Assembly: GCA_010909165.1 (NCBI GenBank)
Contig: VJWM01000203.1
Span: 124,001 to 188,000, forward strand
DNA from: Anthoceros angustus
Taxonomy: Eukaryota; Plantae; Anthocerotophyta
Length of the DNA stretch: 64,000 nucleotides
Direction: 5' to 3'
Below the pieces are notes generated by a model. The model saw only the letters and a program-made list of their open reading frames with translations, was not told the DNA's origin and made no database searches. Within the stretch, counting starts at the first letter, position 1. The number at the start of each line of letters is the position of its first letter. Shown piece after piece: positions 52,388-64,000 of this stretch. Both the position numbers and the translations under genes were made by a program.

Positions 52388-55300
52388 CACTACTAGGAAA
52401 AGTGTACTTTTACTAATTGCAGTTTTACAACAGGGGTGCATTTTACCACGTCTGCCCATTTTACTACGTCAATTGAAGGCATTCAAGTCAAGTCTATATT
52501 ATTTTCAAGTATAGCCCCGAATTTACTAAACCTCATTCCCACTTTACTGTGGCTTGTTTTGCCAAAGGCGCAACATGACGTGGCAAAACAAAATGGATTT
52601 TACTACGGGCACTTGTTACTTACAATGAGCTTATGGATGTTACAACGATGGCATGTTTGTTTACTACGGGCCATCAATTTACTACAGGACTTTCTCCATT
52701 ACAACGGGTTCTATTACAACATGCCAATGGTATTTTACAACATCCCATAGTTTACTACACTCAGAGAGTTTACAACAAGACTTTACGACGAGTACTACAT
52801 AACAAAGACTAATTTAGAATGGGTTTTGATGATAAACCACGCCTTATTACCCTAAAAGAAAAATCGAGAGTAACCGCGTGGTACATCGCTTAAGGCTTGG
52901 GCTAGGCGACCAGAAACGAGAACAAAGGGGCTGAGGGACAAGCAAAAATCCTCCTCATCGATCATCTCCACATCGCTGAGCCTGTAGTAGACTTGAAAAA
53001 GTGTCTGTGCTTCAATCCAATCAAGGAAGCCACAACCTAGGTCCGGGCGCTCGGCTGTGGAGCCTCGAGAGGCAATAATTTCCATGAAGCATCGCCCCAT
53101 CTCCATTACCCGCCTCTTGAAATCCAAGGCCTCCAGAGATTGGGGCGCGTTGCCCGCATCCTCATCTGTGGGTGTCGCACGGAAGCCTCCGATTCGACCA
53201 CGCGCCTCCATGTCCGCGATAAATCTCAGGCACTCCGCCTGCCATCCGATTGCCGGGCCATTTCCTCCACATTGGGAAGCCGTTCTTCCTTGCCCTCGCG
53301 CCGCTTCGAAAGCCGCTTGTGAGAAGGAACCATGAAGCAAGTCAACGAAAATTCACCTTTGCGGCGAGGGATGGGCAAGGCGCTTCATGCAAATCTAGGA
53401 GGACAAAATAAGAAGGCTGGATTCGGGAAGACCAAACGCACCATGCAACCAAGCCGAGTCGAGTGTGCCAAACAAGCAATGCCTCCATTTATGCCCATCC
53501 GCCTAATGGATGCTCGCCACGCAGAAATCGAGTGGATTCAATGACGTGCATTCCATATGAAATGCCCGCTGCCTTTAGACAAGTGATGTAATCGAGAGCC
53601 GTGATGGTGCGAAATGGAGTGGTCAACAAGATTCGCTTTCACCAAACCATAAACCCTAGTTACATATCTCGCCATGGAGGCATATATAGTAAACCCAAGT
53701 CTCCTTGGCTTGTTAGGGGTTAGGTACACCATAACCCATGGGAAACATGAGTTGGTTACACCGCCCAAGGAAAACTTGAGTTAGGGTTTGGTTAAAATAT
53801 CCTTCGCTTGCGAATCATCGGAAGCCGCTTGCCGATAATGTGCGCAACCTTCCGGGGAATTGGGCTCGACGACGGGAGGATGGCGCGCGGGCCCCTATGG
53901 TGTCCAAGTGACCAATGGCGCATGCCATGTGCACCCAAATGCAACAGCGTTACATCGCCACATGGCCGCGGGCGCGGCTCGAGCTTGATCGATCGGCGTT
54001 CAACACGATTCGGTGAAAGTGCCCGCCGATCTTGCTCAAGTGGTCGACATGTGACACTTTAGGGTCGACCGAGTTTCCTTGGACTTTGAGTTCGTGAATC
54101 CATGGTTTGACGAACCATGGTTAACAAAACCCATCGAAAATTCAAATAACATTTCCTTGGGCGGAGCCGTGGATGGTGAAGTTGCCATGGGCACCAAGAT
54201 CCAAGGACACTCACGCCTCGGATTGGACTTAGGGTGAAAGAAATGAATTACATGGCCTATATATAGGCTCGCATGAAATGGGTTTCCTTGGCTCATGAAA
54301 ATTGCAAACTTTTCCTTGGACTTCAAAAGCAAATAATGACTCCTTGGGCTTCAAAGGTTTGGGGATGGTGAACTTGGGTACCAAAGGCCAAGGACCCTTA
54401 CGCCTATATATGGACCGTAAATAATGGATAATAAACCTGTGTAGTTTGAGTTGGTTTCCGCCATGTTACATCCCGAAATGAAACTTGTACTGCTCCCCGC
54501 CACCAGAGACGAAGTCCATGTGACTTTGTTCGCCCTTCTCTCCTTGTCCACTACCCTCCAGGGTTTCAAGCACACCGTGACAACCCTACTTTGAAATTCT
54601 TAACGCAGATCAGCGCCACTGGAGGACACATCAAGCGTGGTCTAAACCGCTAAGGTTGAGGTATGTTCTCCTTTTTTTCCGCCCAATCAGAAGTCGACCT
54701 TTCCAAAGCTCCGTGAATCACGCCTCCTTGTCAGATGCCTAAAACGACGAGGAAGATTCAATCGCGAGCGGAGCCCCGATTGAGACCCGGCGCCCGCAGC
54801 ATTATTAGTAGGAGATGCCGCCGTGGAGGCCACGGACGGGCGACTAGGCCGGACCCAACCGTCAATTCACGGAACTCGAAGGCGAATTGCTCTGCCACCG
54901 GAGAGCTAAGGGCAAGTGGCGGCAGTGAAAAGAGCTGTGGCAAAGTCTCGCTTGAAGATGCCGGGGAAAGGAGGAGGAGGACTTTGATTTGCCTCTCAAG
55001 GCTTCCGGACGCTGCAATGGAACAAGAGGGAGGGGTGGGCAAGTTAAGGGTAAGTTCCTCCATGGGTGGGAGGGTCGATGCGCCGGAGACAACGGCGTGA
55101 CGCCATCTACGCCGGGGTGAAGGACCAAAACGCGAGCCGCCTAGGGCATCCACCGCATGTTCGGAGAGGATGAAGACACTGACGAAGAGGCCGATTTCAA
55201 GGATGAGTGTGCGCCATATTTGAAGAACGGGCATGGGGCTCACACCATAAAATCATGGAGAGCGATCTGACTTGACGAGGAAGGCGCTACTGTGAAGGCA

Positions 55301-57652
55301 AAAGCGCGACCAAGATCGCCCCGGCCGTTGGGGACGCCTGCATCGCCTCCTATAGAAGGGGCTCGGATCGATGCACAAGCCGCAGATGGCAGAGGAGTGG
55401 TTGGGGACAATAATGCACGCGCCACAAGCAATACATCCAGAGTGCACCAAGGTCCTTCCGCCCAAACCCGCCATGAGCCATACATGCGACGTTGACGACG
55501 TTACCTTAGCAGTAACCATGATGCACTATTGGTAGAAGTTGAAGAGAACGACCAACCCGCAGGAGAACGTTAAGAAGCTTGAAGCTATCAACATGGTACC
55601 GACAGCCAAGACAACATCTGTGGTGGTCTAATTTTGTGAAGCATGTGAAGAGTGCAAGAAGGAGCAAACACTGACCCTCCTAAAGCTCAGAGGACACCCT
55701 TCCGATCAAATTGCTCATCTTCAACTAGTCGAGCAGACTTGGAGGGTGGCACAGTGAGCAAGTAAAAGTTGCTATACCGCCGAGGAGAAGAAGATCGCAT
55801 CTTCCTCATGATGCCGTGGATCGAGGAAGATGTCGATATCATTCCAATGGAATGTCGAGATTTGGACATAAAGTGCTAGGGGCCCAAGAGGAAAAGGGTG
55901 CACGATGTCCATCACGGCTTTGCTGCCCACATCCATCCTTCGTAAGCTGCCTTCAATGTTTTGATCGGCATTTTTAGTTTTGTAGCTCGAAATGCCTGCA
56001 AGATGAAATCAGCCCGAAATGTCGACAAGATGTAGGCTCAAATTTCGTGCCCCTCATGAAATTTTGAGGCCCGGAATTTCTTGCAAGATGAAATTCTGTG
56101 CCCGATTTCGTGCGAAGGGCATCGCTTTTATGCCATATTTGGAGGCTATGCACTAAACATCAGGCTGTGGTGCTACATCTTCGTGGATCCCTCCTTTTGC
56201 CCATGAAGGACAGAGTGCATTTTGCAACCCGCCTCTCGCAATCCTCTCATACATCCCTTTTGGAAGCAAATCAAGCGTGTGCTTCATGTTGAGACATGTA
56301 TCGTGCAGACTTTGAGTGGTCCATGGTCTTTGACAAGATTGTCTTGCAATTTGAACCCTAATCAAGTTTTGGAGGAACAATGTTAGGAAGGAAGCCGTTA
56401 TTTCGCAAGGACAAAAGCACCCCAAGTATGTCCCAAAGAGTGTGAAGCAAGAGTACTGGGAGGCCTTTTGAAAGAGGAGCAAGACAAGATGGATGGAGTT
56501 GAGCCAAGAAAAACCGCCATGAGGAGGAGCAAGGAGGTGGGAAGTAATAGCTATGTTTTGGATATGGGCGAAGGGGTTCTTGACGTTTAGAGGAAGTTTG
56601 CAGAGACCCAACCATGGATGAAATCAATGCTTGGCACCAATCATGGGGCTTGGCTTACAAAGTTGAAAGAGTTTTGGATGCCCTGAACTAGAACTTTGGG
56701 TCCGCAAGTGGACTCAAAGGCAAGGACAAGGCGATTAATGTGTGGACCTTGTTGAAGGATGCGGCTATTCCATCAAGGAGTGCGATGAGAAGGTCATGGA
56801 GGCCATCTTAAAGCGTAATGTCATAGATGACGGTGGATGGTGGGGCATTATCTTCCCGCAGTTGCAAGACAAGCGAGGATGCTTGAGCATGATTCTCGTT
56901 AGGTCGTTGTCCGGGACTATTGTGTCTATTTTGTGATAGCCTCAAGTTCCGTGAACTTAAACCGATTTAAGTTTGTGGTTTTCGGTGTGGCAAACCTTTG
57001 GGGCACGGTCTTTGAGTTGATGTCTGGGTGGAGAAAATTTTAGATGCCCTGTAGCATGTAGGGGCTGGAGTCTAATATATTGTAGGATGTAGGTGCAATC
57101 ACCGACCAAGACTTATAACCCACACACCCGCCTAGCACCCCTTCATTTTTACTACAGAGTGCACTTTACTACAAAGAATATAAACTGTTTTACTTTACTA
57201 CGCCTTTACTTCAGATTTTACTACGCCTTATTTTTGCAGCCTGTGTGTTTTACAACGGCCCGTTATAATTACAGCTGCGATTAACCTAACCATGGTTACA
57301 TAACTATGGTTTATAAACCATCGTTATTTAACTTCAGTTAATAAACTTGAGTTAATTCACATTGGTTACTTAACCATATTTTATTAACCATGATTACGCT
57401 TGTTGTAAATGTTGTAGATCACCGTAGTAATTGTTGTTGTAAAGTGAACTGTAGTTAAACCCTAACCCATGTACGGTCAACTCAGTACATCGTATGTATG
57501 TCACATACGCATAGATATAGCCATGGTATACGGTTTGAAGACATTACCACGAAATTAACGCTATGCGTTAACGCATTTTACTACAAGTGTTGTAATTTAG
57601 TAGTAATGTCCGTAGTAAATTCCGTAGTAAAGGACACGTTTTCCTAGTAGTG
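52388..57652. mobile_element. Non-autonomous CACTA DNA transposon, 5265 bp
   Basis: Termini CACTACTAGGAAAA...TTTTCCTAGTAGTG, a 3-bp TSD CAC on both sides, and dense subterminal TTTACTAC/GTAGTAAA repeats at both ends. Confidence 0.93.
52852..53340 (-). pseudogene. GRF-zinc-finger-like remnant inside the CACTA element
   Basis: GRCF...RP..GCGFLDWIE resembles the GRxF..C....CxFFxWxD consensus, degenerate. Confidence 0.4.
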
Positions 57653-58458
57653 CACACGCAGCCTTAGAACCTGACCCAGTTTTTCAGCACACAACCTATG
57701 ATTCTAATCCTGATTCAAATCAGAGCCGATTACCATCGGACATTTTACCTCAACAACGGATCCAAAGACTGACGAACAGATTTCAACATGAACCTGCTGA
57801 ACAGAACCTGTTGACCATGAGCTTGCACAGCAACCACATGAAGATATGCCTGCAGCAGATATGCCTGAACTACCAGCACATCATTTAGAAGCAGAGCTCG
57901 TACCTTTAGTAGATCAGATCCCATTGCGTAGGTCGCTCGAATCGCCTAGCGGATGGTTAGAGCCTCCTTACACCGGATGAGACGCTTATCTCACAATCGT
58001 CCTCTCGACAGTAAGTATAAGTCTAGCCCAGATGTCTAGACACATAGTCCTCACTGTCATGGAGCCTCCTGACACACCACTCACATACAAAGAGGCACTT
58101 AGTTCTCCACAAAGCTCAGAGTGGCAGAAGGATATAGATAGCGAATACCAGTCACTAGTTGACAACAAAACTTGGAAATTGGTCAAGTTACCAGCAGATA
58201 GAAAAGCCATCACTTCAAAGTGGGTTTTCAAGCTCAAGCTTAACCCTGATGGCTCAATGGCTCGTTATAAGGCCCGTCTGGTTGCTCGTGGCTATACCCA
58301 AGTCCAGGGCATAGATTACAACGAAACCTTCAGCCCTGTAGTTAAGCCCACGTCAATGAGAATTCTGTTATGCTTCGCTATACAACAAGGTCTTATAGTC
58401 CATCAGATGGACGTCAAGACTGCCTTCCTTAATGGCCCTCTAGATGAAATCATGTATA

Positions 58459-58745
58459 TGTATGGGCTACGGACTTCCCTTGGGGTTAGGAAATGAGCTG
58501 GGTTTTGTTTTTTTCGTAGGTCCGAGGTAGAAAATAAGGCGTAAAGGAAGGAATAGGTCCGGAATACTCCGGACTACACTCCGGAGTGGGTCCCTGTGGA
58601 CTGAGTACTCCAGGAGCAGCCCAGGAACAAGGCTAAACACCGCTTTCATAGCCAACTTATGTCCTTCGCACACGTTTGACTTGCTCTTCACTTCTTTTGT
58701 GAGCTTAAGAAGAGGGAGGAGGAGGAGGTCGGGTTGTTGCTCACA
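58459..58745. mobile_element. LTR-like segment (TG...CA) at the junction of two Copia remnants; no matching TSD
   Basis: RT coding stops abruptly at ...EIMY|TGTATGG; the Copia GAG-pre-integrase motif (WHARLGH) appears just after the segment. Confidence 0.4.
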
Positions 58746-58749
58746 GACA

Positions 58750-61700
58750 CATAGTCCATGACTTATGCAGCCTTGATTTAAAATCCATGCACCAGCAGAC
58801 GTCCATGTTGCACGCCCAAAGCCTGCTACTGGCATGCACGCTTAGGTCACGCCTAATCGTGACAAGCTTATTCAGATGTCCCACCAAACCCCGCTATCGA
58901 GAAACATGCCAAGATGTTTTAAAGACTTGCCTTTTGTGATGCTTGTGTCATAGCCAAACAAAAGGAAGTGCTGCCCAAAACACAGCACATCGAGCTTCAC
59001 AGGCCGGAGCTTTGGTGCATATACGGCAAGATACACATACCTTCTTTGGGAGGAGCCACATACTATTTTACACTTCACCGGTGATTTTAGTGATTCTTGG
59101 ACCTATCCTATGCCTCAAGACGAAACTTTTGAGCTTTTCCAAGTGGTCATGATTGTTCGAGACATGTGTTGTCTACTCAAGTGCTGATGACGGATAATGG
59201 CACCGAGTTTACTCATGGCCATTTCAATCGTTCTTCTTGATCAAGGATACTGCCATTGATTGTGCCTACACTCGACAACGGGGTTGCTGAGCGACGTAAC
59301 CAAACCCTGCTTGGTATGACACGCAGCATGTTAGAATGGTCTGGTCTCAGCAAAGCCTACTGGGCTAAAGGGGTGGTCACAGCAACTTATATTCTCAATC
59401 GTCTTACCCGTGCTGTGGACGGCATGACTCCTTATGAGGTTATTTGGCTAAAACCTAGCATCCTTCACCTTCGTGGTTTTTGGTTCTCCAGAGTATGTCT
59501 ATGTACTGCGAGAAGAGGAAGAAGTTATAATCGTACAAACCCACGATTTGTGGGCTATGGTGAAGAAGCTAAGGCATACAAGTTTTATGATCCAGTCACT
59601 AAGACAGCCGTGTTTGCAAGGAGTGTTACTTTCTTCGAGCTTACAAGTCCAGCCAAGCCATATTTCGATTCTGTATCACATACTCCAACCAACATCACTG
59701 TTCTAGATGCCCCAGACGATGAGGATCCGTCTGAGTTTCCACAAGATGATTTTTGGCGGCATGGTATGGCTATTACTGGTGCCTCCTCAGAACCTTTGCT
59801 ATGCGAATGCTGCCTCATTCGAGCTCCACCAAGACGACCAGCCTGACCGCGAGAGGATGCCTGCACCTACAGTAGCTGAACCTCTCCATCCTCGCAGATG
59901 ACTTACCCCATTTGGGTTCACTTGAACACCAGGAGGCTAAATTTCAACACCCAGATGCTTTCGGTGATGAAGATAATGCAAGAGATGCTGTACCTGAATT
60001 TGTCGTTGCAGATGACGATGATGAGCCACCTCCGGGTTGAGCGCCGGATATCCTACCCTGGTGAGACGCCACCCTGCTGGAAGGAGCCTCACTTTGCTGA
60101 TTTCAGCGCCCTAGGCGGTGTATCTCTCAAGCATGATCAACTCCGGCTGTTTTCCTTAAGCCCGAGCCCAGGACCTATACCGGGTTACCATCGGCGATAA
60201 GGCATATCGATACCATCCATTAAGGACGCAGTATGATTCCCTTATCAAAAATGGTACTGGAACTCATTCCATTGCTGCATCGCAGTTGTTACGCAAATGG
60301 ATATTTAAGCACAAACTTAATGAAAAAATCGCCAATGTACAAGTCTCGCTCTGCTGGGTTTCACCCAAGTTCCTGTGTCATTATATGACACTTTTGTCCC
60401 GTCGTTAAAACCCAATCTGTCAGGATGATTCTCGCCTTCGGCAATGACATGGGATCTCAGATGGACGCCATCATCGCTTTTTTATATATGGCGAGCTTGA
60501 AGAGGATATTTATATGCAACAGCCTGAGGGGTTTGTGGATCCCGAGCATCCTACGGGTCTCTGCTGCTTGAAGAAGACCATTTGCTTAAACTACCGCTCC
60601 ATGTGCTGGGACAAGATCGACCTTTAAATCTATCGGTTTTGCGTAATCCCGTGATGCCAACGGTATGTGTACTCCAAAGTGTCATCTTGTGATCTTGGCC
60701 TTTATAAGTTGATGACGCCATCCACGGCTTCCAAACAACCCGATGGAGTTACTTGCATGGGTTAAGGGCATGTTACACTGTGAATTGAAACATGAAGGAC
60801 ATTGGTCCTCTCACCTTTAATGGCTTGAGTTCATGTGTTTCAACTCCTGGAGGACCGAGACTCTTATGCTTCACTGAGTAAATATATTCGAGACCCTCAT
60901 CGCTTTCACTTGGATTCTTCAAGCCCGTGTCTACCCCGTGTTTCCGGGTCTCAAGCTCGCGATGATTGTCCTCAAGATGCGCCGAGCGCCAGCTATGTCT
61001 CGCCCTTATCGCCATGCCGGGTTGTTTGAACTATATCGCTTGTTGGACTCGACACATCCAAAGAGGCCGCCTTGGTTTCACAGCTTGATAATCTCGGCCA
61101 AAGCCCATTGAGCTACCGCGTATTTTGCGCTATCTCAAAGGCATAATGAATCACGGCTTATGCTTCAGGGGGCGAGACGACACCTATTGTCTCGTGGTTA
61201 TGCTGATGCCGATTGGCCACCAATCTCGATGCGCGACGGCATATCACCACCGCTCTTCTCTCATGCCGCTCATTGGAGCTCTAAGAAGCAAGCATCTGTA
61301 TCTCTGTCCTCTACCGAGGCCGAGTATAAAGCCTTAACCGAAGCTGCCAAAGAAGACATTTGGGAGCGTGCTTTTATGAAAGGGCTTGGATTTCCACAGC
61401 AAAAGCCAACCCTCATTCACTGCGATAATGTTTCCACAATCAACATGACAGCTAATCCCCGTTTCCATGCCCGAACTAAGCACATAGAGGTTCAGCACTA
61501 TTTTATTCGCCATCAAGTTGAGCAGAAGATGGTCCGACTTCAATATGTTCCCACAGATCTCAACACAGACTTGCACAAGTACCGCCAACAAGAACATTAT
61601 CAACCATCGAAGCCATGAGAGCCCCGCCGCCTTAATGTCTACAAATGAGCTACAGCAGATGCGGATGAAGCACCACAGTCCCATCCTAATCGCATTCTGG

Positions 61701-62230
61701 AGCTCAATGGTGACAGAGGTCACTTATCTCAGTGGCGGTGCGTGCTCACCGTCAAATTGCTAGCGCTTCTTCGCTCGGATGGCGCGAATTTCCGGAATAG
61801 AAGCGATCCACAAAGCGCATCCCGCGAGCGCCATCTGTCGGGCCAGAAATCGCCCATTTGTTCACAGTTGCGTGCGATCGGCACGCCTGCCTTTGTCTTC
61901 TCCGCCTGCTCCCTCACGCATCGATGGTGGAGAAACACCGCGATGACGGGAGCACAACGCCGTATTAATCGTGATCTGCCATAGCCGCTTACGCTGCACG
62001 CTAATATGCTCCGCTTAAGGCGTGTTAGGATACATGACCCTTTCGTTAGGGTTATGTATGTAATAAACGCATCACCGTTAGTTGCCTAGTAGGTAGGTTA
62101 TAGTGAAGAGACATGACTCTGGATATTCTCAGACAAACACCACGCGTTCAATTGATTATCTTTACTTTTGGCAATTCCGTGTGTGTTCATGTCTTAGCAC
62201 ACATGCCTTATGTAATTTTGACACTTCGAA
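58750..62230 (+). mobile_element. Second degenerate Ty1/Copia (pre-integrase to RNase H), followed by a probable 3' LTR from ~62023
   Basis: WHARLGH, NGVAERRNQTL, EEDIYMQQPEG, STEAEYKAL, RTKHIEVQHYFIR; a degenerate PPT then TGTTAG at 62023. Confidence 0.8.
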
Positions 62231-62236
62231 CCCTGG

Positions 62237-62640
62237 ATGGCGGAGGCAGAGGACCTGGTGGAGAAATGGCACCTCGACGTCTTTAAGGAGGTGTGGACAT
62301 TTGACAGCATCGCATTTGTCAGGGAATACGCCCGGAAGATGTTGGCAGCGGCCAACAAGGAGGTCCGATCCAAGAACCTCCGGGAGGATCCTAGGAGGTG
62401 GACCTTGAGGTCCTCGAGGCGCTTTCATAACCGCCAAAGATAAGAAATTGGGGCGAGTCCTGAGCCCTCAAGGCAAGAGGAAGATAAGCGGTAAAGGCTA
62501 ATGTTGGCCGGACGCAGCGAACAACCAACGCTGGCGGTCGACGGATGAGGAGAGCAGTGCCGTGGATCATTGTCCAGCGCTTCACCAAGCAGATCACCTT
62601 GGACAATTTATTGGTGTTCTCGCATGGCCGCAATGGGCAA
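62237..62640 (+). pseudogene. Retrotransposon accessory ORF remnant homologous to the 2273-2815 ORF
   Basis: EVWTFDSIAFVREYARK...PRRWTL versus KKWCYDSPALVQECARQ...PQNWDL. Confidence 0.5.
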
Positions 62641-63479
62641 GAGGGCCGACTGGGAGGATCATCTCGCCTAGCTTCACCCGAGGCTCACAAGCCGAGAGCG
62701 AGAAGCCACCTCCGTGACTATCCCATATCTCGATCCATGTGTGGGACACTGGCAACCTCCTCAAGGAGGGGAAGAGCGCGCCCGGAAGGGGTCAAGGCCC
62801 TACCGAAGCGGAGCTGCAAAGGCGCCAGGAGGAGGCCCACCCCCGAGACCTATCTCAGACCAAATCTGGTCCGGGAGAGGACGACTGAGGATTCCGACTC
62901 ATATCGTTCGAACTACCTCACCACCTAGGGAAGTGTGGAAGATATCCCCGCTCCTCCTGGCGCCCCCACCCGGCCAGCAGGCAAAGACAGAGGCGGCCCT
63001 GTATGAGTCACGCTCCGGGCCCGATGGCTCCGGCATCAAACAGCCACCACGATCACCAGGCCCCGAGGCCTGACTCGACCTCGGGGACCAAGAGGAAGAT
63101 GGTGCCACTACCAACGCAAAGCACCTGGACGGCTACTGGGCTCGCCAACGGAGGGCGGTGGAGGCGAGGAGGCGTGAGAAGGGCGGAAAGGGACGCCGCC
63201 CTAAGGACCGAGAGGCCAGCAGCACTCCCCACCCGGAGCCGGGTCCTGCCTCCGGGACCGAGAGGCAAGAGGGTGGGCCCCGAACCCCTCACCCTCCGAG
63301 CTCCTGTGGAGAAAGACGGCTAACAAGGAATTAGGCCAAACCCCAAGGCGAATGGACTCACAGAGAAAGCTAATGGATTGCTTTTGCGGATCCTCAACAA
63401 GTTGACCATCACACACTTACGATTGGGACCGAAGCTTCACTCAGGCGCTAGGGCGACAGCATAATGGGAGAAGGTGACC

Positions 63480-63880
63480 ACACAACAGATTCCCCCTACT
63501 ACCTCACCTATGGGCACTCACAGTCATGCCCATTGAGTTTGAAGTGCCAACGTTGAGAGTCCAGAGCATAAGAGGATGACGGTGGAGGAGAGCCATTGAG
63601 AGGCTCATAGGCTTTGTTCAGGTGAGAATAGGGAACAAGCCTTGGGCCCCACGTAACGCCCAAGAGAAGAGGAAGGAATGGCATGACCTAAGTTGCAAAA
63701 ACAAGAGTACGTTGTTCGGGACTTGGCGTTCTTTGTATGACAAGTACATGCACTTCGAAGTCGATCTTAGATGGATGGGTCCCTGCTGTGGTGCCGCAAG
63801 TTCGACAATGGATCCATACACGCAAAGAACTTGATGGACTGCTACAACCGGGGTCAATGGTTGGCGTGAAGAAGTATTAA
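63480..63880 (+). mobile_element. Ty3/gypsy integrase C-terminal remnant
   Basis: PYYLTYG..VMPIEFEVPTLRV, then LYD...LRWMGP...NG...VNG, typical of the integrase tail. Confidence 0.6.
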
Positions 63881-64000
63881 TAAGTTGGCGGGGCCAACAA
63901 ATGAGAAGGGAGTATGTGGTGACCACATGGGTACTCGAGACCCCCTCGAAAGGAGTGTTTTTGTTTTGTGTTTAAGTTGTGAGAATCGTGTGGAGTTGGA

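Larger units (their letters stand above)
50570..58458 (+). mobile_element. Degenerate Ty1/Copia element (protease, integrase, RT), interrupted by the CACTA element and truncated in RT
   Basis: WFLVSGATNHIC (protease); VVHSDVCGPM...FLDEWSH (integrase); KWVFKLK...RYKARLVARGYTQVQGIDY...MDVKTAFLNG (RT, 58032-58460). Confidence 0.85.

Noticed and set aside
63618-63926. Minus-strand ORF faintly resembling an RT/RNase H connection
   Set aside because: The plus strand matches the gypsy integrase tail better, so this is treated as a shadow ORF.

Overview
Eukaryotic nuclear DNA from a seed-free land plant. The DYW:KP domains point to a hornwort, fern or lycophyte; short introns and compact genes lean toward hornwort, but that is inference. 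A gene-dense island (~18-46.8 kb) lies between two blocks of nested transposons. The island holds six PLS-class PPR organellar RNA-editing-factor genes: three E+ genes with a PG box, two DYW:KP (candidate U-to-C) genes, and one WW-type E+ gene. It also holds PPR pseudogene stubs, an LHC-like SEP gene, a plastid rubredoxin (RBD1-like), two small conserved spliced genes and an LRAT/NC-domain gene. Main observations: (1) a recurrent 16-17 aa insertion inside PPR L motifs, seen in 9 independent copies; (2) an OSB-type PDF motif fused to the N-terminus of a PPR; (3) a duplicated head-to-head DYW:KP pair with reciprocal gene loss and start codons about 65 bp apart; (4) apparent capture of the SEP gene's promoter and transit peptide by the rubredoxin gene. 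The flanks contain a complete Copia element with LTRs and TSD that carries a 463-bp A/T-free tract, a TIR/TSD-bounded CACTA element nested in another Copia, a DDE transposase pseudogene, a CRE-like LINE fragment and Ty3/gypsy fragments. Many frameshifts fall in homopolymers, so some may be consensus errors. All gene models and family calls were made by eye, without database searches.
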